Assembly (NCBI GenBank): GCA_023205875.1
Contig: CP060759.1
Location: 1 to 64,000, forward strand
Direction of reading: 5' to 3'
Length of the DNA stretch: 64,000 bases
From: Chloropicon primus
Lineage: Eukaryota
The notes beneath the pieces are model-generated. The model was given only the letters and a program-made list of their open reading frames with translations. It did not search any database and was not told where the DNA came from. Shown one piece after another: positions 1-8,650 of this stretch (the first letter of the stretch is position 1; each line of letters opens with the position of its first letter). Position numbers and translations under genes: made by a program.

Positions 1-213
1 AGGCCTAAGGCCTAAGGCCTGAAAGGCCTAAGGCCTAAAGCCTAGGCCTAGGCCTGGGCCTACCTAAAGCCTAAAAGCCTAAGCCTGGGCCTAAAACCTA
101 AAACCTAAAACCTAAACCTAAACCTAAAACCTAAAACCTAAACCTAACAACCTAAACCTAACAACCTAACAACCTAACAACCTAACAACCTACAAACCTA
201 CAAGCCTAAACCT
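1..213 (+). repeat. Telomeric repeat tract (CCTAAAA / CCTAAA core with degenerate variants such as AGGCCTA and CCTAACAA)
   Basis: Tandem C-rich CCTAAAA units at about 89-150, flanked by variant units; located at the very start of the window. Confidence 0.85.
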
Positions 214-215
214 AT

Positions 216-1108
216 GGAAGGACGACCTGGCCAAGGAAAGGAGCCGGAGAACAAAAGGAGCCTAGGACAAACACACCGTCGCATCATCCAAGCTTTCCGT
301 GGTGCCTCCGAGTAACCGCGTTTCCTAAAGCCTTGGGAGTCCTAAAACCTAACGCCTAAAAGGCCCTCTCGTGGGTCCGAAGTGCCTTGAGTAGAGTTTG
401 CCCGAGGAAGAAAGGAAGGACGACTTGGCCAAGGAAAGGAGCCGGAGAACAAAAGAAGCCTAAGAGAAAGACACCGTCGCATCATCCAAGCTTTCCATGG
501 TGCCTCCGAGTAACCGCGTTTCCTAAAGCCTTGGGAGTCCTAAAACCTAACGCCTAAAAGGCCCTCTCGTGGGTCCGAAGTGCCTTGAGTAGGGTTTGCT
601 CGAGGAAGAAAGGAAGGACGACCTGGCCAAGGAAAGGAGCCGGAGAACAAAAGAAGCCTAAGTGAAAGACACCGTCGCATCATCCAACCTTTCCGTGGTG
701 CCTCCGAGTCACCGCGTTTCCTAAAGCCTTGGGAGTCCTAAAACCTAACGCCTAAAAGGCCCTCTCGTGGGTCCGAAGTGTCTTGAGTAGGGTTTGCCCG
801 AGGAAGAAAGGAAGGAAGTCCTGGCCAAGGAAAGGAGCCCGAGGACAACAGAAGCCTGGGAGAAAGACACCGTCGCATCATCCAAGCTTTCCGTGGTGCA
901 TCCAAGCCACCGCGTTTCCTAAAGCCTTGGGAGTCCTAAAAACTAACGCCTAAAAGGCCCTCTCGTGGGTCCGAAGTGCCTTGAGTAGGGTTTGTCCGAG
1001 GAAGGAAGGAAGGACGACCTGGCCAAGGAAAGGAGCCGGAGAACAAAAGAAGCCTAAGTGAAAGACACCGTGGCATCATCCAACCTTTCCGTGGTGCCTC
1101 CCAGCCAC
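216..1108. repeat. Subtelomeric tandem satellite, 198-bp unit, about 4.5 copies
   Basis: The GACGACCTGGCCAAGG-like motif recurs at 221, 419, 617, 815 and 1013 (period 198); full units contain CCTAAAACCTAACGCCTAAAA or a 1-nt variant. Confidence 0.95.
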
Positions 1109-2019
1109 CTCATTTTTTCTTTCTGGTATAAGTTTTAAGTGTGATCTTGGTTTTAGTCGGCCATAAACCAGGTCGCATAAGACGACGGATTCCAGCAGAA
1201 GAGTGGATCAGGGTAAGGTTTACGATTGGACCTCTTTATTCTCTGGTGCCCTCTATTACACTCCACCCGGAACAGGGCTCTTCATCACGGACTCCATTCA
1301 CACATCCTCCTCCTCCTCCATGGAGGGCTGTGGTTTGGGTTTTAGTGGTCCGACAGATGGACCTCTACAGGTTCAAGGACGACGGGAAGATACACAATAT
1401 TAGAGGAGTATCCAAATATAAAATACAAGCCGCTTTTGACAAAGTTTCACAGCCATCGGACACGAACTGGATCCGTCACTCCACTATTCGTACCAAAAAA
1501 AGTAGGCCCAGAACAAACAATAAAAGCAACAGAATCATATCATACACACCTACATTACACAATCAAGTCAGCATGAACCAAACACAGATGATCCAATCCA
1601 CGAACAAATACCCGTAACACAACTCTCCTTGCCTCCTCTCCCCTCCCACACTCCTGCATTGCCCCAAGAACACCTCTCCTCTCCCCACCCCCTCGACACC
1701 GGTGCTTGGACCACTTCCCAACCGCGCATTGCCCATTCATCTCGGCCACCTTCCAGATCGAGTCGGTGGTTTCGTAACCCGATGCAAGGGCGTGACCCGA
1801 ATTCCCCTCCATCTCTTATCTTCCTCTTCCTTCCCCTCGCCTGCTCCCGCCAGTCGACTGCCTTTCCCCTCGAGACAGGCTCTGTTTTGATTTGAAAAGT
1901 TTCGTACAATTCAAAGGCGAAGGGAAGAGCCGAAGGAAGACGCGGAGGCGAAGGGACGGGCAGGAGCACGAGCGGCAGGGGAAGTGGCTTGGAGCTCACA
2001 GGAAGGCGTTCTACTTCGC

Positions 2020-2664
2020 ATGGTGTCGTCTTTCGAGTTTCCTGCGGGGGGAAAGACCCCACAGCAGGACACCCCAGGAGGAGGGGTGAACTCCATCTTG
2101 ATGATGAGCCACGCTCACTCGGGGTCGAGTCTGTCGAAGCCCTCCGGGACTGCGCCGGAGAGCGTGAGGTCGAAGCTCAGGGTGCGGCGGAAGCGCCTGA
2201 CGGACGACGAGGAGCAGGAGCTCCGGGGGGCCTTCGAGGTCTTCGACAAGAAGAGGGAGGGCGTGGTCAAGTACCGGGAGACCAAGGCCCTGATTCGGGC
2301 GCTGGGCTTCGAGACAAGCAAGGGGGAGGTCAGAGACCTATTCCGGCTGTACGAGCGCGACGCGGAGACCGAGGGTCTCGAGTTCTTCGAGTTCAGGGAG
2401 ATCATGATGGACAAGATCCTGGAGCGAGACCCTCAGGAGGAGCACCTCAAGGCCTTCCACCTGTTCGACAAGGACGGGAGCGGGAAGATCTCTTTGCGCG
2501 ACCTTCGGCTTCTCGCGAGGCAAATCGGGGAGAAAATGACAGACGAGTCTCTTCTGGACATGATCGACGAGTTCGATTTGGACGGGGACGGGGAGATAGA
2601 CCAGCAGGAGTTCGTGCGGATCATGGCGAACGACGACATCGACCTCGACGTGGACATCCTCTAG
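2020..2664 (+). CDS. Centrin/caltractin-family EF-hand protein (start may be 2101)
   Basis: LTDDEEQELRGAFEVFD, ALIRALGFE, EF-hands DKDGSGKISLRDL and DLDGDGEIDQQEF. Confidence 0.85.
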   Translation: MVSSFEFPAGGKTPQQDTPGGGVNSILMMSHAHSGSSLSKPSGTAPESVRSKLRVRRKRLTDDEEQELRGAFEVFDKKREGVVKYRETKALIRALGFETSKGEVRDLFRLYERDAETEGLEFFEFREIMMDKILERDPQEEHLKAFHLFDKDGSGKISLRDLRLLARQIGEKMTDESLLDMIDEFDLDGDGEIDQQEFVRIMANDDIDLDVDIL

Positions 2665-2952
2665 TGTGTGAATGAAAACCACTGTGCACAATACGCAGGG
2701 CCGGCCGTGGATGCGAAGTGTGGGCCCTTTGTGCTTCACCGCACCTTCCACAACCCGTCTTTTCCCCTGTAAACCACTTACCTTTCCTGCCACCCTCTCT
2801 CCCCCTCTCTCTCTCTCTCTCCTCTGTTCTTCAAGCTTGTTTGGGTTTCGCCCCAGTCCCTCTTCCTTTCCTCTCCTGGTTTCCTGCCTCCTGCGCAGTG
2901 TTATGTGTTGTGCATTGCGGAGTGTGTTGTGTCCCCCCTTGCATTGCCCTTG

Positions 2953-2998
<46 letters not shown>

Positions 2999-3135
2999 AT
3001 GTCCTCCCCGAGCTCTCCTGGTGTCTTGGCCCTGCAGAGCGGAAGGGGCCGGTGCCGGCGCAGGAGGAGCAGGGACAACACAACACAACATAACACACGA
3101 GACACGAGACACGAGACACGAGGAGGACAAACACC

Positions 3136-4142
3136 ATGAACCAAAACAACAACAACAACAACAACAACACGAAGACGAAGACGGCGGCTGGTGGTGGTGG
3201 TGCGGGGGACAAGAAACGTGCACCCGGGGGTAGGGCCGAGGACGAGGACAAAAACACGGCTGCTGCTGCTGCTGCACTGGAGTTGGAGAGGGAGGAGAAG
3301 AGGAAGAAGATGCAACCGCCGAAGAAGAGACTGTATCGGACGAGGGCGCACAGCAATCCCCTGAACGACCAGTCGTTCAAAGTTCCTAGGCACCCATCCG
3401 AGGTGAACTGGGCGGAGCACTTTCCTGCGGTGGCGAAGAACCCCGAGGCCAAGCTCGAGGTCGAGAACGTGGATGTCGGCTGCGGCTTCGGTGGGTATCT
3501 GCTCAAGCTCGGGGAAGTGTACCCCGACCAACTGAGCCTGGGGCTGGAGCTCAGGGACAAGGTGACCGAGTACGTGGCAGATAGGATCACCGCGCTGAGG
3601 GCCGAGGAGGGGGGGGAGGGGGGGGAGGGGAAGGAGGGGTGCACGTACGAGAACGTCGCCGTGCTCAGGGCGAACGCCCAGAAGGACCTCCCCCACTACT
3701 TCAGGAAGGGGCAGCTGAGGCGGATGTTCTTCCTGTTCCCTGACCCGCACTTCAAGGCGTCGAACCACCGAAGGAGGATCATCAGCGAGCAGCTTCTCGA
3801 CGAGTACGCCCACTTCATCCGCAGCGGCGGCAGGCTTTACACCATCACCGACGTCGAGGAGCTCGGGGCCTGGATGAAGAGCCACCTGGACGCCCACCCT
3901 TTGTTCGAGCGGGTGGGGGACGAGGAGCTGGACGGGGGCGGGGACGAGGCCGCCAAGTTCCTGCCGTCCGCATCGGAGGAGGCCCAAAAGGTGAAAAGGA
4001 ACGAGGGAAAGGTACGTTTTGCTTGTTGCGTTGTGGAGAAAGGGAGGGATTCTCGTTTCTCTCCGCCGACTGGTCGACTGACACGCTTGGCTTCTCCTTT
4101 TTCTTTTCCCAGACTTACCGGTCCGTGTACAGGAGGCGGTAG
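3136..4142 (+). CDS. TRM8: tRNA (guanine-N7)-methyltransferase catalytic subunit; intron 4012-4112
   Basis: YRTRAHSNP, DVGCGFGG, LGLELR and FLFPDPHFK motifs; a GTACGT...CTGAC...CAG intron gives the C-terminus NEGK-TYRSVYRRR*. Confidence 0.93.
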
Positions 4143-4564
4143 AGGTTTGGGGTTCGTTCCCAAAGGAGTGGAGCAGTGCGGAAGGGGTCCGCGTCTTTAG
4201 CGTTGAGGAGGATCGAGGGTCCATGCAATGCAATGTAATGTTTTGGTTCCTTATTTATAAGTTATCTATTCTTCCTCTTGGTCTTGGTCTTGGTCTTGGT
4301 CTCCCTCCTCGTTGTCGTTGTCGTCCTCGCTCTTGTTGTCCCTCGTTCGTTCGTTCCCCCTGGCCGGGATTGTCCTTCCCCCTTGGAGGAGAGGCCCCGC
4401 CCGAGCAGGAGGAGGACGACGAGGACGACGAGGGCGAGGAGGACGACGAGGGGGACACCCGCACAACACAACACACACAACAACACACGACACACGACAC
4501 ACGGAAGACGGGGACGAGACGAACAAAAACAAAAACACCGGAAGAGGGAGACGTCGTCGATGAG

Positions 4565-5722
4565 ATGGGGGACCGAGGGGGGAAACCAGGAGGGGTGGTG
4601 GAGGGGAGGACCCGGATCACGTTCTCCCCGTCCTTTCTGGAGAGCAGCGGCCTTGTCGGTGGTTTCGGGTCCAAGGGGCCGCTCACCCTCACCCTAGACG
4701 ACGCCAAGCTGGACGAGTGCAGGAGCGAACCGTGCGTCATTACGCTGGCCAGGAGGAACACCACCGGAACCACGAGCACCACAAGCACCACGAGCAGCAG
4801 CAATGCAGGTGGTTTGACGAGGACGTACGAGGACGTGGGCGTGGGCTCGGACACCGCGGGCTCCGAGGAGGAGGAGGAGGCGGTGTCGAAGCTCGCGGAG
4901 ACGGTGTCTTGCCTGAGCAGGGAGAGGGCCCGGGAGGCCGAGGCCTTGGGGTCAGTGACCCGGGACTTGGACACCCTGGCGGAGGAGGTGGAGAACCTCT
5001 CCCGCCAGGTGCGCGGGAGCCTGAGGAGGGAGAGGGGGAGGAGGGAGCCTGAGGAGGTCGCCCTGGTGAGGCGGAGGGGCGAGAACCACAACAACATCGG
5101 GACGCAGACGGAGGAGGAGGCGAGAGGGGGGGAGGCCGAGGGCGTTCGCCAGGAGCAGGGGGACTCGGACGAGGGTGCCAGCCGGTGGATCGACCTGGTC
5201 GCCAAGTGCTTCTTCGACCAGTGCGTCACCCACGCCGCGAGGAGGGTGGAGGTCCCGGGGGGGGAGCGGGACCCGCCAAAGAGTGCCGAGGCGGACCTCT
5301 TCGTCCTGGACCACCTGTCCACCCGGTACTTCGAGCAGCTCCTGTCCGAGGCCAAGGAGGAGGTCCTGCCGGTCGAGACAAAGGAGGAGGAGGTCCTGCC
5401 GGTCGAGACAAAGGAGGAGGAGGTCCTGCCGGTCGAGACAAAGGAGGAGGAGGTCCTGCCGGTCGAGACAAAGGGGGAGGAGGTCCTGCCGGTCGAGACA
5501 AAGGGGGAGGAGGTCCTGCCGGTCGAGACAAAGGGGGAGGAGGTCCTGCCGGTCGAGACAAAGGAGGAGGAGACCCTGCCCTCGGGGACGGGGCCTCGGA
5601 GCCGGGAGGAGCTGCAGAGGGAGCTGGAGTGGACCGTGAGGGCCCTGAACGAGCGCTTGGCCTTCCTTAAGTCCCGAGAGGAGCGGCGCGGGGGCACGAC
5701 GGCTGCTGCTTCGACGAAATAA
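4565..5722 (+). CDS. Hypothetical coiled-coil protein with a 10-aa tandem repeat
   Basis: Long ORF with GC3-rich codon use; ATG at 4565; (E/G)EEVLPVETK repeats. Confidence 0.65.
   Translation: MGDRGGKPGGVVEGRTRITFSPSFLESSGLVGGFGSKGPLTLTLDDAKLDECRSEPCVITLARRNTTGTTSTTSTTSSSNAGGLTRTYEDVGVGSDTAGSEEEEEAVSKLAETVSCLSRERAREAEALGSVTRDLDTLAEEVENLSRQVRGSLRRERGRREPEEVALVRRRGENHNNIGTQTEEEARGGEAEGVRQEQGDSDEGASRWIDLVAKCFFDQCVTHAARRVEVPGGERDPPKSAEADLFVLDHLSTRYFEQLLSEAKEEVLPVETKEEEVLPVETKEEEVLPVETKEEEVLPVETKGEEVLPVETKGEEVLPVETKGEEVLPVETKEEETLPSGTGPRSREELQRELEWTVRALNERLAFLKSREERRGGTTAAASTK
5354..5580 (+). repeat. Coding 30-bp minisatellite, about 7.5 copies
   Basis: Unit AAG(G/A)GGAGGAGGTCCTGCCGGTCGAGACA-like, repeated in tandem. 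Confidence 0.95.
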
Positions 5723-5907
5723 ACGTGTTATTCTTATTAGGAAGGAAGGGGCCAAAAACCCTAACAACAACAACGACGACGACGACGACGACGACAAACA
5801 CTCTACTTGGAGATTCCTTCTTTTCTTTCTTGATTGGATTGCTTCTTTTCTCTTCTTTCCTTTTCTTGTCCTGTTAGGTTGCCAGTCGCCCGCTCGCGCT
5901 CACGCGC

Positions 5908-6891
5908 TCAGAAGGGGATCTCCTCCTGGTTCCCGCCCCTGTGCTGGCTCGGCGGCGGCGGCCCGCCCCCGCCCTGCTGCTGCTGGGTGAACAGGGAGTT
6001 GATGTCCACCTGCTTGTTCATGTCGAGCTCCTTGAGGGAGGAGGCGACCCAGGCGGGCGTCCCCCTGCTCTCGATCCAGAGGGCCTCGCCGGTCTCCTTG
6101 TGCTTGAAGTCCGGGGCCCTGGGGTTCTTCTTGGTCGCCCTGTTGTCCCAAAAGTCGCCCGGGGAGCAGAACAGCGCGGCCCACCGGCCCTCGAGGTCCT
6201 TGCTGGCCACGGCCCCGCCGCCCCTCCCCCCGGAGGGCGAGTACTTCCCCCCCAAGCCCCCCTGGAAGGAGTCGAAGCCTCCGTCCCCTCCCCCCTGGGC
6301 CCCGCCCGCGACCAGGGCCACGCGGTTGCACACCACCCTGACCTTCTCCTTCTTCTGCCCGGTCATCTTGTCCCTCCAGGTGTTCTGGGTCAGTCGGCCC
6401 TGGACCTGGACCTGCTGCCCCTTCCGGCAGTTGTCCGCCACGAGCCTGGCGTCCTCGTCCCAAAAGTCGAGCTCGAACCAGTGGGCGCTCTGGTTCTTCC
6501 CCCTCGAGACCGCGAGGCTCACGTTCGCGGTCACCTTGCCGTTCTCCAGGTACTTGACCTCCGGCTCCCTGCCGAGCCTCCCGATCAGCGTCACCGCGTT
6601 GGCGTTCTCCGCCTGCCACTCCACCTCCTCCAGCCCCGACGAGGGCGAGGAGGACGCGTTGTACGCGCGGAGGCCCAGGCCCAGGGGGGCGGACCGAGAC
6701 CGAGACCGAGACCCTGCCTTGCTGGCTTTGCCGTTCAGGTGCGGGTTCAGGTGGATACCAGCAGCAAAGGGGGTGACCCTGGAGAGGGGACCACCCAGGC
6801 TCCTCGCAAACGTCAACGCAGTCCTCGAGGCCTGGTGCGTCTTCATGGTCCCACTGGTCTTGAGCCAAACCCTCATCAAGTGCATGTGCAT
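5908..6891 (-). CDS. Organellar single-stranded DNA-binding protein (OSB-like: SSB OB-fold plus PDF motif)
   Basis: Transit-peptide-like N-terminus; NAVTLIGRLGREPE and GQQVQVQGRL (SSB); WDNRATKKNPRAPDFKHKETGEALW (PDF motif); ends in EEIPF. Confidence 0.88.
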   Translation of the reverse strand: MHMHLMRVWLKTSGTMKTHQASRTALTFARSLGGPLSRVTPFAAGIHLNPHLNGKASKAGSRSRSRSAPLGLGLRAYNASSSPSSGLEEVEWQAENANAVTLIGRLGREPEVKYLENGKVTANVSLAVSRGKNQSAHWFELDFWDEDARLVADNCRKGQQVQVQGRLTQNTWRDKMTGQKKEKVRVVCNRVALVAGGAQGGGDGGFDSFQGGLGGKYSPSGGRGGGAVASKDLEGRWAALFCSPGDFWDNRATKKNPRAPDFKHKETGEALWIESRGTPAWVASSLKELDMNKQVDINSLFTQQQQGGGGPPPPSQHRGGNQEEIPF

Positions 6892-7003
6892 GGAGCAATC
6901 CCGCTCAAGCCGAGAGGAGTGCGTTGGTTTCGGGCCAGGAAACGTGGCGAGACCGCGGCACGCGAGGTAAGGCTAAAGGTTTAGGGTCTAAACCTAAACA
7001 AAC

Positions 7004-7014
7004 AAAAAAAAAAA
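7004..7014 (-). terminator. RNA polymerase III oligo-T terminator of the permuted tRNA
   Basis: T11 run on the minus strand, 10 nt after the 5' half. Confidence 0.75.
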
Positions 7015-7024
7015 GATCGTCTGA

Positions 7025-7112
7025 TGCGAAGCGAGCGCTCTACCATATGAGCTACAACCCCGTCGTCTCTTGCTGTTGGAGTTGGAGAGAATCGAACTCC
7101 CTGCCTCTCGCA
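7025..7112 (-). tRNA. Circularly permuted tRNA-Ala(CGC): 3' half (nt 38-73) at 7112-7077, 15-nt spacer, 5' half (nt 1-37) at 7061-7025
   Basis: The minus strand reads TGCGAGAGGCAGGGAGTTCGATTCTCTCCAACTCCA-acagcaagagacgac-GGGGTTGTAGCTCATATGGTAGAGCGCTCGCTTCGCA. The reordered halves form a 73-nt cloverleaf with G3:U70 and A73. Confidence 0.92.
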
Positions 7113-7317
7113 TGTACACTGTGACGTCACTCACCAAAAAACTTCTGGTGCTGACATTTACGGGCTTTCATCCCTTATGTATCCCTGGCCCGCGAAAACA
7201 CGGTCAAAGAGGGGCCGCGCTCTTCTCTCGCTCTCTCCCAAAGTACCTCGTGCTACAATAAAAATGCCAATCATAACTCATCCTCTCTCCATTTCAATTC
7301 CTCTCTCTCGCTCTCTC

Positions 7318-8274
7318 TCAGCGATTCCCCTGCTGCTGCAGCAGCCTCTGCCTCGCCTTCTCGAACTCCTCCTCCGTGGGCTCCGCGCCCCCCTTCTTCT
7401 TCCCCTTCCTCGACTTCTTGTTGCTCTTTTTCTCCTTGTCGCTCCCGTACTTGTCCTCCAGGCTCCCCAGCAGGGACTCCATCCTGCCCCTCTGCTTGGC
7501 CCGGATCTGGAGGGCGAGGGAGTCCAGCCCCCCCGCGCCGGACCCCTTCTTCTTCTTCTTCTTCTTCTCCTGGTGGAGCTTGCCGATCTTCTTCGCCCTC
7601 GCCTTCTTGCTGCTCGCCCCCCCCTGCTTGCGCGCCCACCTCTCGAACCGGGTGCCGGGACCCCCGTGGTCCGCGACCTCCCCCGCCCCGACCGCCGCCC
7701 GGACGACCTCCAGGAACCTCGGGCCGTCCTCCGCCGGCCGGGAGCAAAGCACGTAGCAGAACACCTTGTCCATGTCCCCCTCGAACTCCCCGTAGTACCG
7801 CAGCAGGTCCGACCTCTCCTCCTCGCTGCCCCTGTACCTCTGCTCAAAGGCCTCGATGTCCTCCTCGGTCACCGGCGCGAAGACGGACCGGTAGTACCGG
7901 TACAGCTCGTCAAAGTCCTTGCCCGAGAGGTCGGTGCCCATGTCCCTGTCGAAGTCCAGGGAGCCCGTCTCGTCGTAATAAGCCCGCTTCTCCGGGTCGC
8001 TCAGCACGGAGAAGATGTGCTGGACCTGCTGGAACTTGGCCTTGGCCTCCTCCAGCAGAGCAGCTGCGTTGTTGTCGTCGTCGTCGTCGTTGTTGTTGTT
8101 GTTGTTTGCCTGGACCTTGTCCGGGTGCATCCTGAGCGCGAGCTTGTGGTAGGCCTTCCTGATCTCCTTGGCGCTGGCGTCGCTCTTCACCCCCAGCACT
8201 CCGTACGCGTCCACCCCTCCCCCTCCCCCTCCCCCTCCAGGCGACGAAGGCGGTGTCCCCATCTTCTTCCCCAT
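7318..8274 (-). CDS. J-domain protein (DNAJC9 / AtJ6-like)
   Basis: YGVLGV...YHKLALRMHPDK J-domain; VTEEDIEAFEQRYRGSEEERSDL; C-terminal EPTEEEFE. Confidence 0.9.
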   Translation of the reverse strand: MGKKMGTPPSSPGGGGGGGGVDAYGVLGVKSDASAKEIRKAYHKLALRMHPDKVQANNNNNNDDDDDNNAAALLEEAKAKFQQVQHIFSVLSDPEKRAYYDETGSLDFDRDMGTDLSGKDFDELYRYYRSVFAPVTEEDIEAFEQRYRGSEEERSDLLRYYGEFEGDMDKVFCYVLCSRPAEDGPRFLEVVRAAVGAGEVADHGGPGTRFERWARKQGGASSKKARAKKIGKLHQEKKKKKKKGSGAGGLDSLALQIRAKQRGRMESLLGSLEDKYGSDKEKKSNKKSRKGKKKGGAEPTEEEFEKARQRLLQQQGNR

Positions 8275-8336
8275 CTTCTTCTCCTCGTGTTCTCCTTTCG
8301 CTCACCAACGTCCTCGTCCACAAGTCCTCCTCCCCC

Positions 8337-8391
<55 letters not shown>

Positions 8392-8650
8392 CGTCCTCTC
8401 CCTTCCCTGTTGTGGGCTGTTTTGTGTGTGTGTTTTGGCGGGAAGCCGCGGAGGCCCATTTCCCTTTCCTTTCCTTTCCATATGGATATGACGAGACCAA
8501 CCCAGGGGAACAACAACACAGAAGCAAACATCAGCATCAGCGCAGGGGCACACCGGCCTGAGAGAGAACACGACACGAACACACACACCCTTTGGACTCC
8601 TCCTTCGCCTAAAGCCTTCTCCTTGGGCTTCTCCTTGAAGCTGGGAAACC

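Noticed and set aside
216..1108. Regular repeats as a CRISPR array
   Set aside because: Whole units repeat with no unique spacers, no cas genes are present, and the context is eukaryotic.
1141..1900. Short ORFs next to the satellite
   Set aside because: No recognisable motifs, and the codon use is atypical.
7025..7112. Two unrelated tRNA fragments or a pseudogene
   Set aside because: The halves are exactly complementary, complete, non-overlapping and broken at 37/38, with a terminator after them. This fits a permuted gene better.
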